From Chloropicon primus (taxonomy: Eukaryota): a stretch of DNA of 64,000 bases. The stretch's first letter is position 1, and each line of letters begins with the position of its first letter. The position numbers were made by a program, and so were the translations under genes. The notes beneath the pieces are model-generated. The model was not told the DNA's origin, did not search any database, and saw nothing but the letters and a program-made list of their open reading frames with translations. The stretch is taken from positions 310,001 to 374,000 of the forward strand of contig CP060762.1 in assembly GCA_023205875.1 (NCBI GenBank), read 5' to 3'. This document shows, piece after piece, positions 41,760 to 52,560 of the stretch.

Positions 41760-43319
41760 ATGGCGGAAGCGCCAGTGATGAGCGCCAGCATGACTACCTT
41801 GAGATCACGCTCGTCGACGACGGGTCGTTCTGGCCGACGAGGCGTCGTCTCGCATCCCCATCACCAACACCAACACCAGCGCCAGCCGTATCACCGTCAC
41901 CCTCGGTCGGTGTCTGCGATGGCGACGGCGTCGTCGCCCAAGGCAAAGAAGCTCTGGGGCGGGCGGTTCACGGGCGAGACGGATCCCCTGATGCACAAGT
42001 ACAACCAGAGCCTGTCGTACGACCAGAGGATGTGGAGGGAGGACATCGATGGGTCCGTTGTGTACGCCAAGGCCTTGGAGACGCAGGGGATCATCACCCG
42101 GGAGGAGCTGGAGTCCATCATCAGTGGGCTGGAGGCGGTTGGGAAGGAGTGGGAGGGGAGCACGTTCGAGATAGCTCCCAACGACGAGGATATCCACACG
42201 GCGAACGAGAGGAGGCTGGTGGAGCTCATCGGGGACGCGGGGAAGAAGCTTCACACGGGGAGGTCGAGGAACGACCAGGTGGCAACCGACGGGCGGCTCT
42301 GGACCATGAGACGGCTCCAGGTCCTTCGCCAGGACCTCAGGACCTTCCTTCGGATTGCAGGGGAGAGGGCCGAGGAGGAGGTGGACGCAATCATGCCAGG
42401 ATTCACCCACCTTCAGCCTGCGCAGACGGTGAGGTGGAGCCACTGGCTTCTGTCGCACTGCGCCGCTCTCCAGAGGGATGACGAGAGGCTGAGGGACATG
42501 ATCCCGAGGGTGGCGAGGCTCCCTCTGGGATCCGGAGCTCTTGCCGGCAACCCGTTCAACGTCGATAGGCAGGGCATGGCCGAGGAGCTCGGGTTCTTCG
42601 ACGGAGTTTGCCCAAACAGCATGGACGCCGTGTCCGACAGGGATTGGGTGATCGAGGCAATATTCTGCTCGGTGATGATCATGACCCACCTTTCCAGGTG
42701 GGCCGAGGACCTCATCGTGTACTCGACCGCGCAGTTTGGGTACGTGAGCATGGCCGACGCGTACTCGACCGGGTCCTCGCTGATGCCTCAGAAGAAGAAC
42801 CCGGACGCCTTGGAGCTCTTGAGAGGAAAGGCTGGCCGCACCCTTGGGTCCCTTGCTGGCATACTGACGGTGGTGAAGGGGACCCCAACGACGTACAACA
42901 AGGACCTTCAGGAGGACAAGGAGATGCTTTTCGACGTGATGGACACGGTAATGGACTCGATGAAGATCGCCATCGGGGTCGTGAGCACGATGACAATTCA
43001 CCCAGAGAAGATGAAGGAGGGCCTCTCCCCCGACATGCTGGCAACTGACTTGGCGGAGTACCTCGTGAGGAAGGGGATGCCGTTCAGGGATACCCATCAC
43101 GTCGCCGGCGAAGCGGTTGCGCTGGCGGAGAAGAAGGGCTGTGGAATTAGTGACTTGAGCTTGGAGGATCTGCAGTCTCTGAGCGACCTGTTTGCGAGCG
43201 ACGTGAGCGAGGTGTGGAGCTTCGACAGGAGCGCCGAATTGAGGTGCACGGAAGGAGGAACCGCGAAGTCGAGCGTCTTGGAGCAGGTTTCCAAACTCAA
43301 CACATATTTGGACTCTTGA
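41760..43319 (+). CDS. argH: Argininosuccinate lyase (argH/ARG7), probably plastid-targeted
   Basis: KLWGGRF, LHTGRSRNDQVATD, MPGFTHLQPAQ, STGSSLMPQKKNPD signature. Confidence 0.97.
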   Translation: MAEAPVMSASMTTLRSRSSTTGRSGRRGVVSHPHHQHQHQRQPYHRHPRSVSAMATASSPKAKKLWGGRFTGETDPLMHKYNQSLSYDQRMWREDIDGSVVYAKALETQGIITREELESIISGLEAVGKEWEGSTFEIAPNDEDIHTANERRLVELIGDAGKKLHTGRSRNDQVATDGRLWTMRRLQVLRQDLRTFLRIAGERAEEEVDAIMPGFTHLQPAQTVRWSHWLLSHCAALQRDDERLRDMIPRVARLPLGSGALAGNPFNVDRQGMAEELGFFDGVCPNSMDAVSDRDWVIEAIFCSVMIMTHLSRWAEDLIVYSTAQFGYVSMADAYSTGSSLMPQKKNPDALELLRGKAGRTLGSLAGILTVVKGTPTTYNKDLQEDKEMLFDVMDTVMDSMKIAIGVVSTMTIHPEKMKEGLSPDMLATDLAEYLVRKGMPFRDTHHVAGEAVALAEKKGCGISDLSLEDLQSLSDLFASDVSEVWSFDRSAELRCTEGGTAKSSVLEQVSKLNTYLDS

Positions 43320-43362
43320 GGGAACTGGTGTCATCGATGACCTCCTGTATTATTTCAAAAGA

Positions 43363-44478
43363 TTAGTCTTTTCTCTTGAGCACCACAACCATCCTGAACT
43401 CCTCGTCCTGGTCCGTCCCTAGCACGCAAGACTCGGCCATGTCGCCGTACATCTGCACCACCTTCAGGCCGCCCAGCTCCGCGAGCAGGCGGATCTCCTG
43501 GCAGGTGAAAAACCTCTGCTCCACCTCCTCCTCCAGCGGAAGCTCGTCGAGCACTTTGAGAGGTTTCCTGCCTCGAAACTTCTTCTTCTTTTTCGGGTGC
43601 TTCACGCTCACCGTCCTCGTCAGGACTTGGCTCACCGGGTCGAAAAGGTCGTCCTCTTCCCCGTACTGAACGACGACGTCCTCGGCTTCCTCCTCCCCTT
43701 CCGTCCGCACCTCCTTGACGTCCCACGCCTCCGTGCCCAGCTCCAGAGGCAGACTGAAGAGCTGACTGGGGTGAGCCAGCTCCAACACCACCACCCCGTC
43801 CTTCTCAAGGTGGTCCCTGGCGCGGCTGAGGCACTTGACGACCTGATCGTTCGAGTGGATGTGCGACAGCGTCCCCAGGAGCAGAGTGACTGCCGAGAAA
43901 GTCTTGCCCGGCCCGATCGAAAAGTCCGTCATGTCCTGCTGCACAAACTCGACACTTAGGCTCGCCCCCGCCTCCTCCACCCTCCGCCGGGCGTAATCAA
44001 GCATCGGGCTGCTCGAGTCCAGCCCCGTCACCGAGTACCCCTTCATAGCCAGAGCGATGCAGTGCCTTCCAGTGCCGCAACCAAGGTCAAGAACGCTCCC
44101 AGGCTTCGACCAAGCTCCGCTTCCCCTGCTTCCCTCGATCACCCGTGCTATGAAATCGGCCTCAGAGCTGTAATCCCTCCAGCCGAACACCTTGTCGTAC
44201 AAGTGAGGCAAGTCGTACAGCGTCTTCCCCTTGGGGGGACCCCTCTCCCCGACGGCCTCTGCTGCCGCTGCTGCCTTCGTCCCCCTTCCCTCGCTCGACC
44301 TGTTGAGCGACGAGGCCTCCGCGAGGCCCTTGCAGTGCCGCGACACGGAGAGCTGCGCCCTCCACGACCGTTCCGATGGCGCCAGCGCCTGGCCCACACT
44401 TCCATCGCACCAGCGCTGGCCACAGCTCAACCAAGCGAACCTCTTCGCGCCCCTCGAAGGACCAACGAACCACTTCAT
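43363..44478 (-). CDS. Class I SAM-dependent methyltransferase with N-terminal extension; start uncertain
   Basis: YDKVF..RDYSSEADF, VLDLGCGTGRH, VTGLDSSSPML. Confidence 0.83.
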   Translation of the reverse strand: MKWFVGPSRGAKRFAWLSCGQRWCDGSVGQALAPSERSWRAQLSVSRHCKGLAEASSLNRSSEGRGTKAAAAAEAVGERGPPKGKTLYDLPHLYDKVFGWRDYSSEADFIARVIEGSRGSGAWSKPGSVLDLGCGTGRHCIALAMKGYSVTGLDSSSPMLDYARRRVEEAGASLSVEFVQQDMTDFSIGPGKTFSAVTLLLGTLSHIHSNDQVVKCLSRARDHLEKDGVVVLELAHPSQLFSLPLELGTEAWDVKEVRTEGEEEAEDVVVQYGEEDDLFDPVSQVLTRTVSVKHPKKKKKFRGRKPLKVLDELPLEEEVEQRFFTCQEIRLLAELGGLKVVQMYGDMAESCVLGTDQDEEFRMVVVLKRKD

Positions 44479-44884
44479 CGATGATGCCGTGGCCCGAGAC
44501 CTCTCCTGGTCGCCAAGCACTTCGATTCTTTCGGCTGATGAAAAGCTCGCGGGACGAGGAAGCTTCGATCCGAGCGCCCCTCCTCCTCCTTCTCCTCCTC
44601 CTCCTCCTCTCTGCCGTCCCAACGTCCCTTGCGCTCGCTCGATCCCGATGCCTCCAAGCAGCTCTTTCCCGTCCTCAAATCTTCCTCAGAGCGCCATTCC
44701 TCTCAAGCGACCACTCTTTCGAAAGCACGCGAGACGCTCTTTCATCCAGCCCACCTTCCTTGTCCGCCTCCGTGTCGCCGCACCCTCCACACTCCTCTCG
44801 TCGTGCTGCCAAGTATGTCCCGAGAGAGAGAGAGAGAGAGAGTCAAAAAGTTATCCAGAGTTTGAGGCTGATAGCGCGCAGAGG

Positions 44885-46909
44885 ATGAAAGGCGCTATGG
44901 CGTGCCAGAGGAGGGGGAGGATGGCGGCGGAGAGGGTCGAAGGGGTCGAGGCATCAATGAGGTCTCCACTCGTATCCCGGAGGACGCGCGGTTTGGCGAG
45001 GACGACGACGACGACGCGGGCGAGGACGGTGAGGATGACGTTGCGTGGTGGTGCTGGGATGACGATGATGATGATGTTGAGGAGGAGGAGGAGGAGGGGT
45101 GGCGTGACACGAGTCGGGGGGGGAGGGCGGAGGGAGGTGGTGGTGGGTGCGAAGCCGAAAGCGTCGAAGGTGAGGAGGGGTCGTCGCTCGCTTGAGCTCG
45201 ACATGGAGAGGAACCTGGCGAGGGGAAAACTCGATGGGGGGGTGTCCGTGTCCAGCGAGGAGGAGGGAGAGCCTCGGGCGCAGACTTTGACGGTGGAGGT
45301 TGGGGGCACGGAGAAGGGTGGATTCGTTAAGGAGAGGACGGGATCTTCCAGGAGAATCCTTTTCAGGAGGGTGGTGAGGCGTCTTGCAAAGTTGAACTTT
45401 GCTATCGGGGAGATAGCCTTCCTGGCTCTCCTGTCAGCCCTGGGGACAGCCGTCGAGCAGAACAAGGCTCCGGAGTACTACACGAGCCAGCTCATCGATG
45501 GGCACCCCCTCCTGAGTGACATCTTGGGCAACCTGGTTCTTCTCTTCGGCTTCGATCACATGTACAGCTCCCCGGTCTACTTGGGGATGTGCGCGCTGTT
45601 GACGGCCTCTCTGATGGCCTGCTCCTACCAAACGCAGTGGCCTATGGTGAAGGTCGCGCAGAGGTGGAGGTTCATCGAGGACCCCGACAGGGTGATGAAG
45701 CTCTCCTCTTCGGGCTTGAGGGCGTACGCGGTGAGGGCGAGTCGGCCCGGGGGCAAAGGGAAGGGAAGCACGATGAGGAAGGTGTCCTCGGTTCTCGGCG
45801 ACAGGGGCTACGAGACGTTCGTGAAGCCGAAGGAGGACGGCACCGGCGAGGTGCTGTACGCGTTCAAGGGGCTTTCCGGGAAGTTCGCCCCGATTGGCGT
45901 GCACATCAGCATGGTCCTCGTGGTCCTCGGGGCCAGCATCAGCACGACGTGCGGCTGGCACGGCACCCTCATGATAGACGAGGGGGAGGAGATGCCGGTG
46001 AAGGAGGCCTTTCGCCCGAACTCTTTCCTGGCCAGTGCCACGAACGAGCCCTGGAAGTCGCGGGAGAGCGGGAAGGACGTCTACCTGAAGCTGAACAAGT
46101 TCAAGATAGATTACTACCCGGACGGTAAGGTCGAGCAGTTTTACTCGGACCTCTCCGTGACTGAGGACGCCCCGCCCTCGCCCTACGCTTCTCTGCTCGG
46201 TTCGTACAAGCGTCCCACCGAGGAGACTTTCCAGAAGCTGATCTCGGTGAACAACCCCCTGCGATTCGGGGCCCTGACGGCGTACCAGACGGACTGGGCC
46301 GTCTCGGGGGTGCGGGTGGAGGTCACCGCCGGGGAGGCCTCCGAGCCCTCGCGGGTCTTCGTGCCCATGGTATCGCTGGAGGGCAAGCTCGGGGAGGTGG
46401 GGGGCAGAATTTGGGGCGGCGTCCTGCCCGTCCAAGGCGATGATGGGGAAGACGATGACGGGGAGGGCGGTGGGGACGGCGTCACCAACTTCACAATCGT
46501 CGCCCGGGACCTGCAGAACGTCGGGGTCTACGGACCGGACGGGAAGTTCCTTGGGATTCGGCGTCCCGGCTCAGGGAGGAAGCTCGGGGTGGGGGGCATC
46601 ACCCTCAAGGTCATTGAGCTCTCCTCGAGCTCCGGCCTGGAGCTGAAGAGCGACCCCGGCGTCCCCGTCGTGTACACCGGCTTTGCCTTCCTCATGCTCA
46701 CCACCGTGCTGAGCTACGTGTCCCACTCCCAGGTGTGGGCCCACCTCGCCTGGGAGAGCGAGGGCGAGGATGGAAGAAGGGCGCGGGAGGGGGACCTTGT
46801 CATCGGCGGCACGACCAACAGGGCCAAGAGGGAATTCCAGAACGAGGTCGACCAAGTCGTCAAGGACATCCAAGCCAAGATGATGATGAGTAGGAGGACA
46901 TCGAGATGA
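44885..46909 (+). CDS. CCS1: Cytochrome c biogenesis protein CCS1 (ResB/CcsB, system II), probably plastid-targeted
   Basis: LAKLNFAIGE..SALGTAVEQ, SLMACSYQTQWP, APIGVH, ISVNNPLR, YQTDW, DPGVPVVYTGF. Confidence 0.92.
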   Translation: MKGAMACQRRGRMAAERVEGVEASMRSPLVSRRTRGLARTTTTTRARTVRMTLRGGAGMTMMMMLRRRRRRGGVTRVGGGGRREVVVGAKPKASKVRRGRRSLELDMERNLARGKLDGGVSVSSEEEGEPRAQTLTVEVGGTEKGGFVKERTGSSRRILFRRVVRRLAKLNFAIGEIAFLALLSALGTAVEQNKAPEYYTSQLIDGHPLLSDILGNLVLLFGFDHMYSSPVYLGMCALLTASLMACSYQTQWPMVKVAQRWRFIEDPDRVMKLSSSGLRAYAVRASRPGGKGKGSTMRKVSSVLGDRGYETFVKPKEDGTGEVLYAFKGLSGKFAPIGVHISMVLVVLGASISTTCGWHGTLMIDEGEEMPVKEAFRPNSFLASATNEPWKSRESGKDVYLKLNKFKIDYYPDGKVEQFYSDLSVTEDAPPSPYASLLGSYKRPTEETFQKLISVNNPLRFGALTAYQTDWAVSGVRVEVTAGEASEPSRVFVPMVSLEGKLGEVGGRIWGGVLPVQGDDGEDDDGEGGGDGVTNFTIVARDLQNVGVYGPDGKFLGIRRPGSGRKLGVGGITLKVIELSSSSGLELKSDPGVPVVYTGFAFLMLTTVLSYVSHSQVWAHLAWESEGEDGRRAREGDLVIGGTTNRAKREFQNEVDQVVKDIQAKMMMSRRTSR

Positions 46910-47006
46910 TGATGAGGAGGGGGAAGAGCGGCGGGAGTACGGTAATGTGTAATGTGTAATGTGCAGCGCCTTGGAAGTAGAAATACCGGGGGGGGTGTCA
47001 ACCCCT

Positions 47007-47046
47007 ATCCATCCATCCATCCATCCATCCATCCATCCATCCATCC
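47007..47046. repeat. (ATCC)n microsatellite
   Basis: Direct reading. Confidence 0.9.
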
Positions 47047-47319
47047 GTGTTTCACTTTGGAGCAGCACTTTGGTGCCCTGGCGGCGAGAGAGAGGATACG
47101 AAGGACAGGACGAGGATGAGGAGGAGACACAGGATGGATTGGTGATGAAGAGGACGTCACCACGCCAAGGCAGGACAACCTAACGAGCCTTGGGAAGGCG
47201 TTACTCAAACTGATGTGGTTTCACAGTACACTGCGTATAAATGGGTGTACGCATTTTCAAACTTTTTTTTTTTTTTTTTTCGCTCTTCAACGGATGGATC
47301 AGTTGACAGAAGAGGAGCC

Positions 47320-47986
47320 ATGGCGACGATGGCGCTGGAGTCGAGAGCGGGCGCGCTGAGGGCGTGCGTCCAGGAGCACGTGGACATCACCCTGAACGAG
47401 GTTGGAGAGCAGGCCTTCGACATCATCCTCCGCGACGTTTCTCCGGAATACCGTAACACTTTCGTGAAGCTGTACAACCAGACGGTCCAAGGCATCAAGC
47501 AGAACACCATGGAGGAGCTGGAGGTCATATGCTCGGAGGTTGGGCTGTGGAAGAAGCTCGAGAGCCTCGACGCGCTCTCCAAGGAGGTCAGCATGAACAC
47601 CAGCCAGAAAACTCTCGAAGCTTTGAGGTGAGCATCAAAACAACAGCAACAATAACAACAAACAGCAGCATCGTCGTCGTCGTCGTGTGAGGCAACAACT
47701 ATAGAATAGAATGCCGTCTCTCTCTCTCTCACTCACTCACTCTTGACTCGGACACTGACGCTTTGATCTCGTTGTCTTCAGAGTCTCGGCGACTTCCGAG
47801 AAGCCGGAGGACCTTTTGAGGAAGGCGGCCATCGCCTTGAAGCGCAAGGAGAAGGAGAGTCTGGAGCAGCAGCTGCGAGGTTTGAAGGAGAAGGAGGCGG
47901 AGTTCCTGGGCCAAGCGCAGGAGCGCAGGGGCAAGGTGGCGGAGCTCTTGGGGACCATCGAGTCCGTGGGGACGAAGCTCAATTAA
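47320..47986 (+). CDS. Kinetochore Mis12-complex subunit Nnf1/PMF1-like; exons 47320-47627 and 47782-47986
   Basis: EELEVICSEVGLWKKLESLDAL..PEDLLR plus coiled coil; intron GTGAGC..CTGAC..TCAG keeps frame; TGTAA at 48031. Confidence 0.7.
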
Positions 47987-48175
47987 AACTTTTCTCAAAG
48001 AAGAAGAAGAAGAAAAAGAGACACGCCAACTGTAACACTAGAAGAGATATATCATGAAAGCTTTACTCTCTCTCTCTCTCTTCCCTGGTCTTCTTTTATT
48101 CTGACCGGTCGTCGTTGGCGTCGTCCATGTTTTCGTTGTTGTTACAATGCATGTGCTTTGTGCGCCCTCTGCGCT

Positions 48176-49045
48176 TCAAAGCTCGTCAATGTCCGTGAGC
48201 TGCTCAATGTACCAGTCCTCCTTGGACCTCTTCTGCCTCTTCCTGAAGACGTGGACGAGGAGGATGCCGCAAGCCAGGACACCGACGAGGAAGATCGCGA
48301 ACATGGACGTCCTCATTGTCAGCAGCTTCACGTCCTTCCCACCCGGAGCGAGCCCGCCGTCCTTGTGCTTGACCTCCCCCTCCAAGAGGTGGTCGAAGAA
48401 GATGAACTTGTCGCCCTTGGTCACAAAGTGGACGTCCGCGTACCTCTCAACCTCGTCCACCACAAAAGTCCCGTGGACGGTGTGGCCCACAACCTCCACG
48501 GTCTCGGAAGCCAAGGTTCCGCTCGGGGACAAGCTCAGGTACTCCAAGTCGAGCCTCTGCTCCGTGTGAGTCAGGACCCCGGTGACCTCGCTCGAGGACC
48601 CCAAGTTGGTCTCTATGTACTCGGTCGCCTCCGAGGAGAGCTCAGTCCCAGCGTCCTCGTACACGGGGACGTCATCCAGGCTCAACTCGTACTTGTTCTC
48701 CGCGGAGGTGTCCCAAGCCGGGTGCTCGTAGACCCTGAGATTGTGAAGGACCCAGTCCGTGTCGCCGGTCTCCTCCGTGAACGCCTTGACGACCACCGTG
48801 AGGAGAAAGTTGAAGCCGTTGACCACCTGCCTCTGCGCGTCGCAGAAGTGAACGACCTCGTGGTCAGTCTCGTTGAACCTGGCGTTCAGGTCCTCTTCGA
48901 AGAACGTCTTTGCGGCGACCACGCCGGGGTCGCTGGGGTCCACCTCCTTGGGTGCCCCGGCCAAGCAAACCTCGACCAAGGACAAGGTCGACAGAACCGC
49001 AAGGCCCAAGGCAACAAGACCACGACCACGACGAGTCAGGGTCAT
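48176..49045 (-). CDS. Type I membrane protein with cystatin-like domain
   Basis: Signal peptide, AQRQVVNG (QxVxG), VYEHPAW, C-terminal TM helix followed by RKRQKR. Confidence 0.72.
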   Translation of the reverse strand: MTLTRRGRGLVALGLAVLSTLSLVEVCLAGAPKEVDPSDPGVVAAKTFFEEDLNARFNETDHEVVHFCDAQRQVVNGFNFLLTVVVKAFTEETGDTDWVLHNLRVYEHPAWDTSAENKYELSLDDVPVYEDAGTELSSEATEYIETNLGSSSEVTGVLTHTEQRLDLEYLSLSPSGTLASETVEVVGHTVHGTFVVDEVERYADVHFVTKGDKFIFFDHLLEGEVKHKDGGLAPGGKDVKLLTMRTSMFAIFLVGVLACGILLVHVFRKRQKRSKEDWYIEQLTDIDEL

Positions 49046-49307
49046 GCTGCTGCCTGTTTGTTTGTTTGTTTGTCTTTTGGTGTGTGCTCGTGCCAACCAA
49101 GCCTCTGCCTTTGTACTTTTTGTCCTTCAAAGCAGCCTTTGTACGACGCTCTGTCTCACAAACAAACGGCAAGCAGCAGCAGGCGGGCAAGAAAATGAAA
49201 TGGAGATGAGGATGGAGGGGAGGAGAGGAAGGATGGAGGATGGAGGGGATTGGTTGGTTTCATCATGGTGCATCATCCTCTCTCGTCTTGGCAGCACCAC
49301 CACCACC

Positions 49308-49350
<43 letters not shown>

Positions 49351-49546
49351 GGTGGTGGTGGTCCTTCCTTTCTCGGCGCACGCGTTTTTTATGTCGAGAT
49401 CACTTGATTATACTACAACCTATTCCGTTCGATTCGGTGATTTCTGAAAAAACAAGTACTGGAAAAAAATTCGAGCCCGTCGCCCTCCCCAAGTTCCCGT
49501 CGCCCCCTGCTACAACTTTCTGCTAGACTTTCTGCTAGACTTTCTG

Positions 49547-50569
49547 CTAGACTTTCTGCTTCTTCTGCACCCTGCGCACTTCGAACCCCTTGACGAGATC
49601 GATCGCCTCCTCGTCCTTGTCGAGGTACTCGGAGATGAACGAGCAAGCCAATCGCTTGTCGATGTGAAACAGGGGGTTGGTGCTCCCCTTCTCTATACAG
49701 TTGAGAAACGAGTTGCTCCCCTTCCCGCTCAAGTTCTTCACGATCGACCCGGACGCCACCATCATCCTGGGCCCGGGGGCGTTCGTCTCGTTGTCCGATC
49801 CGCTGCCGCCGTCCGCCTGCTTCTTCCCCTGGTTCGAGGTCGTGTCCACCGAGCCGTCGCTCTCGCTGCTGGACTTCCTCTTCTTCGACGCGTCCCCGTC
49901 GTCCCCGAACGCCTTTGCGACGCTGTCCTCGTCCAGGTCAAGCTTGACGCCGTCCGCGGCAGCCTGCTGCTGCTGCTGCTCCTTCTTCGGGTTGCCGCTG
50001 TTGCCATCGTTTGAGCTGTTGTAGTACATCGAAGGGCCGCCAAACCCCATCGAGGCCGGGGGCTGGAACGGGTGGTCCGACATGTTGCTCCCCGGGGCGT
50101 ACTGGATGTGGTTGAACCCGCCATAGTACCCCGTGCTGTACCCCCCGTAGAACCCCGTGCTCACGCTGCTCGTCGTCGTCTCAAAGTCGGACAGGGACTT
50201 GAGGTCCGCGTAGCAAAAGTTCTTTGGGTCCAGCGAGATGTCGTTGGTGGTGGCGTTGGCAGCGGGAGTGGTGATGTTGGTGATGTTGGTGATGTTGGCG
50301 TTTGGAGTGGTGGCGGTGGTGGTGGTGGTGGGTTGCTGCTTGGAGGTGGAGACGGAGCAGCACTGGCCGACCTTCTCCTGCTGGATCCCTGGACACTTTG
50401 GGTCCACCGGCGTCGAGGACGGGGCGGCTCTGGTGTGGGGGGTGTTGGGTGTTGGCGCGGCCTTCGCGGTGGCGATGGCCTTCATGGTGGCGGCGGTGGT
50501 GGCGGTGGTGGTGGGGACGCCCTCCTGTGGCCTCGGGGCGATGGGTCGAAACCTCGTCGTCTTCATCAT
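49547..50569 (-). CDS. Low-complexity hypothetical protein with N-terminal RFRPIAPRP motif
   Basis: GC3-biased ORF; Thr/Gln/Ser-rich; KKRK NLS-like segment. Confidence 0.6.
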   Translation of the reverse strand: MMKTTRFRPIAPRPQEGVPTTTATTAATMKAIATAKAAPTPNTPHTRAAPSSTPVDPKCPGIQQEKVGQCCSVSTSKQQPTTTTTATTPNANITNITNITTPAANATTNDISLDPKNFCYADLKSLSDFETTTSSVSTGFYGGYSTGYYGGFNHIQYAPGSNMSDHPFQPPASMGFGGPSMYYNSSNDGNSGNPKKEQQQQQAAADGVKLDLDEDSVAKAFGDDGDASKKRKSSSESDGSVDTTSNQGKKQADGGSGSDNETNAPGPRMMVASGSIVKNLSGKGSNSFLNCIEKGSTNPLFHIDKRLACSFISEYLDKDEEAIDLVKGFEVRRVQKKQKV

Positions 50570-52560
50570 CGTGGACAGGAGTGGTGTTGTTCTGCTGCTG
50601 CTGCTGCTCCGATGTATGTATGGTATGTTCTCTCCTGCCTGTTGCTGTTGCCTCAGGGAAGAACGAAGAAGGTTCCTTGCTTTCTTGCAACGATTGCTGC
50701 TTGAAGAAGAAACGGTGCAACGAGAGCAACTTGTTTGCAACGAATGATTGCTGTTGACGAAAGAAACCGAAATGTTTGCGCAATCGTCGTCGTCGTCGTC
50801 GCAGGTGTCGCAGGTGGTGCTGATTCAACAACGAATAATATCCAACGATACACCAACTCCGCGAAAGTCGCGAGTAACTAGCAGTTGCGCGACGGCGAGT
50901 GGTGAGTAGGACAATATCTCCCTCCTCTCCTCTATTGATGCTTGTGTTTCGTTGTTGTTGTTGTTGAAGATTCTCTGTCTTTCTTTCTCTCTCTCCAGAG
51001 AAGAGAAGCTCGTTCTATCGATAGTGGAACACGACGAAGAAGGTGAAGAAAACCCAAATCGGTTCTCTCTCGTTCGCGTGGTGGTGGTCCTCGGTTGCGT
51101 CAAGACGGTTGCGTCCTTGGCGTTCGGTTCGTTCCTATGGCTTTCTCCGCTTCAAGGGGAGGTGACCTCTCGCTTTGGAGTCCGAGCCGCCTCCTGGAAA
51201 TACAATGGGGATTTCTATACGGCAGGAACAGAGAAGAGAATCTGAAGATTTTATCCAGGGATTTTGTAGGGGCGTGACGGACGCACAATCCCGCCCCCAC
51301 GAGGGACTCCACGTGCGGAGGGGATAAGACAGATTTTTTCTTCAAAAAAATCTTTAGGCGAGCGACGCCTTTGGGGCCTTTGGGGCCTTTGGGGCCTTTG
51401 GGGACTTCGTACTAGGAATAGAATGAAAGGGTAGGGCAAGGCTTCGGAAGACGTTTGAAAGGTGAGGTCGGGAATCGACAATCGAGTGATCATCTTCATT
51501 ATCCTCTGAAATTTCCTCACCTGACTCCTCAAGAAGCAAGATGTTGTCTGTTTGACAAGAGGCTCTGTCTCAAACCCCAGGGGGGTGGGGGCATTGAAGG
51601 CATTGGTCAAGGGAAGGGATCGTCGTGGTGCTCGGCTTTTTTTTGGGGGGCGAGGAGGGCTACCATCGACGCACAGCAGCAAGAGGTGCGCCATCTCGCA
51701 CCTCGGATGGAGTTGCTGGCGCCCCGCTTCCGGCGCAATCCAGCCAGGACCCAGGGACAGTCCGAACCGCAACCGAAGATCAAGGTCAAGGTCAAGAATC
51801 TTGGCTCAAGATCGAGGCCTTCGAAAAAGGCGCTTTCACGCACACGCACACACGGAGAGAAAGTCGCAATTCATTCTCTAGAAGCCAAGCCAAGCCCATT
51901 TGAGGGAGGCCGAAGAGTTGGGATTGCCCTGAAAAAGGGCAGATCGACCGACGTGCTTTCATCATCATCATCGTCGTCGTCGTCTTCTTCATCACTGCTG
52001 TTACTATTCTTGAAGGAATCCACAAAGAATCCACCACTCCCAGCGCCGCTTCGAACGCCTCTCTCTCAAATGCAAAGTTTGGATTCCAAACTCATCGTCA
52101 TCGCGTTGCTGCGTCGGAAGACGTCCCTCGGTGGGCTCGAAAGATAAAGTCTCCTTCTGGTTTATATTTTAGGACAAGGGCCAGGTCAAGCTGGGACGAT
52201 GCCTGATTCCCTTTCGATGTTAATTCGAAGTCTTGAACAAGGGGAACTAAGGACAGGCGTTGGTCCCGGGAGTACGTCCTTGTGGTAGACGGGATGAAGC
52301 CTTCATCATGAAGGTCGACAGACGATATAACGCAGTGGTCGTCTCCTCCTCCGCCATCACCAATGAACCATTGACGATGTATCACACAAAGCCAACTAAC
52401 AAAGAGACAACAACAACGACACACAGAGAGAGCCAATCCTCCCTCCTCCTCCTGTTTGTGTTGTATCTTGAGGCGTTTTTCCTCTTCCTCCTCCTCCTCC
52501 TCCTCCTCCTCTCTGCAAGCACCTCATCTCCAAAGCATCGCCCACACAAAGCCAACAACA

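Noticed and set aside
44231..44884. Upstream extensions of the CCS1, HMG-TCAB1 (25432) and CAP-G (59808) ORFs
   Set aside because: They run through microsatellites or overlap neighbouring genes; downstream ATGs fit better
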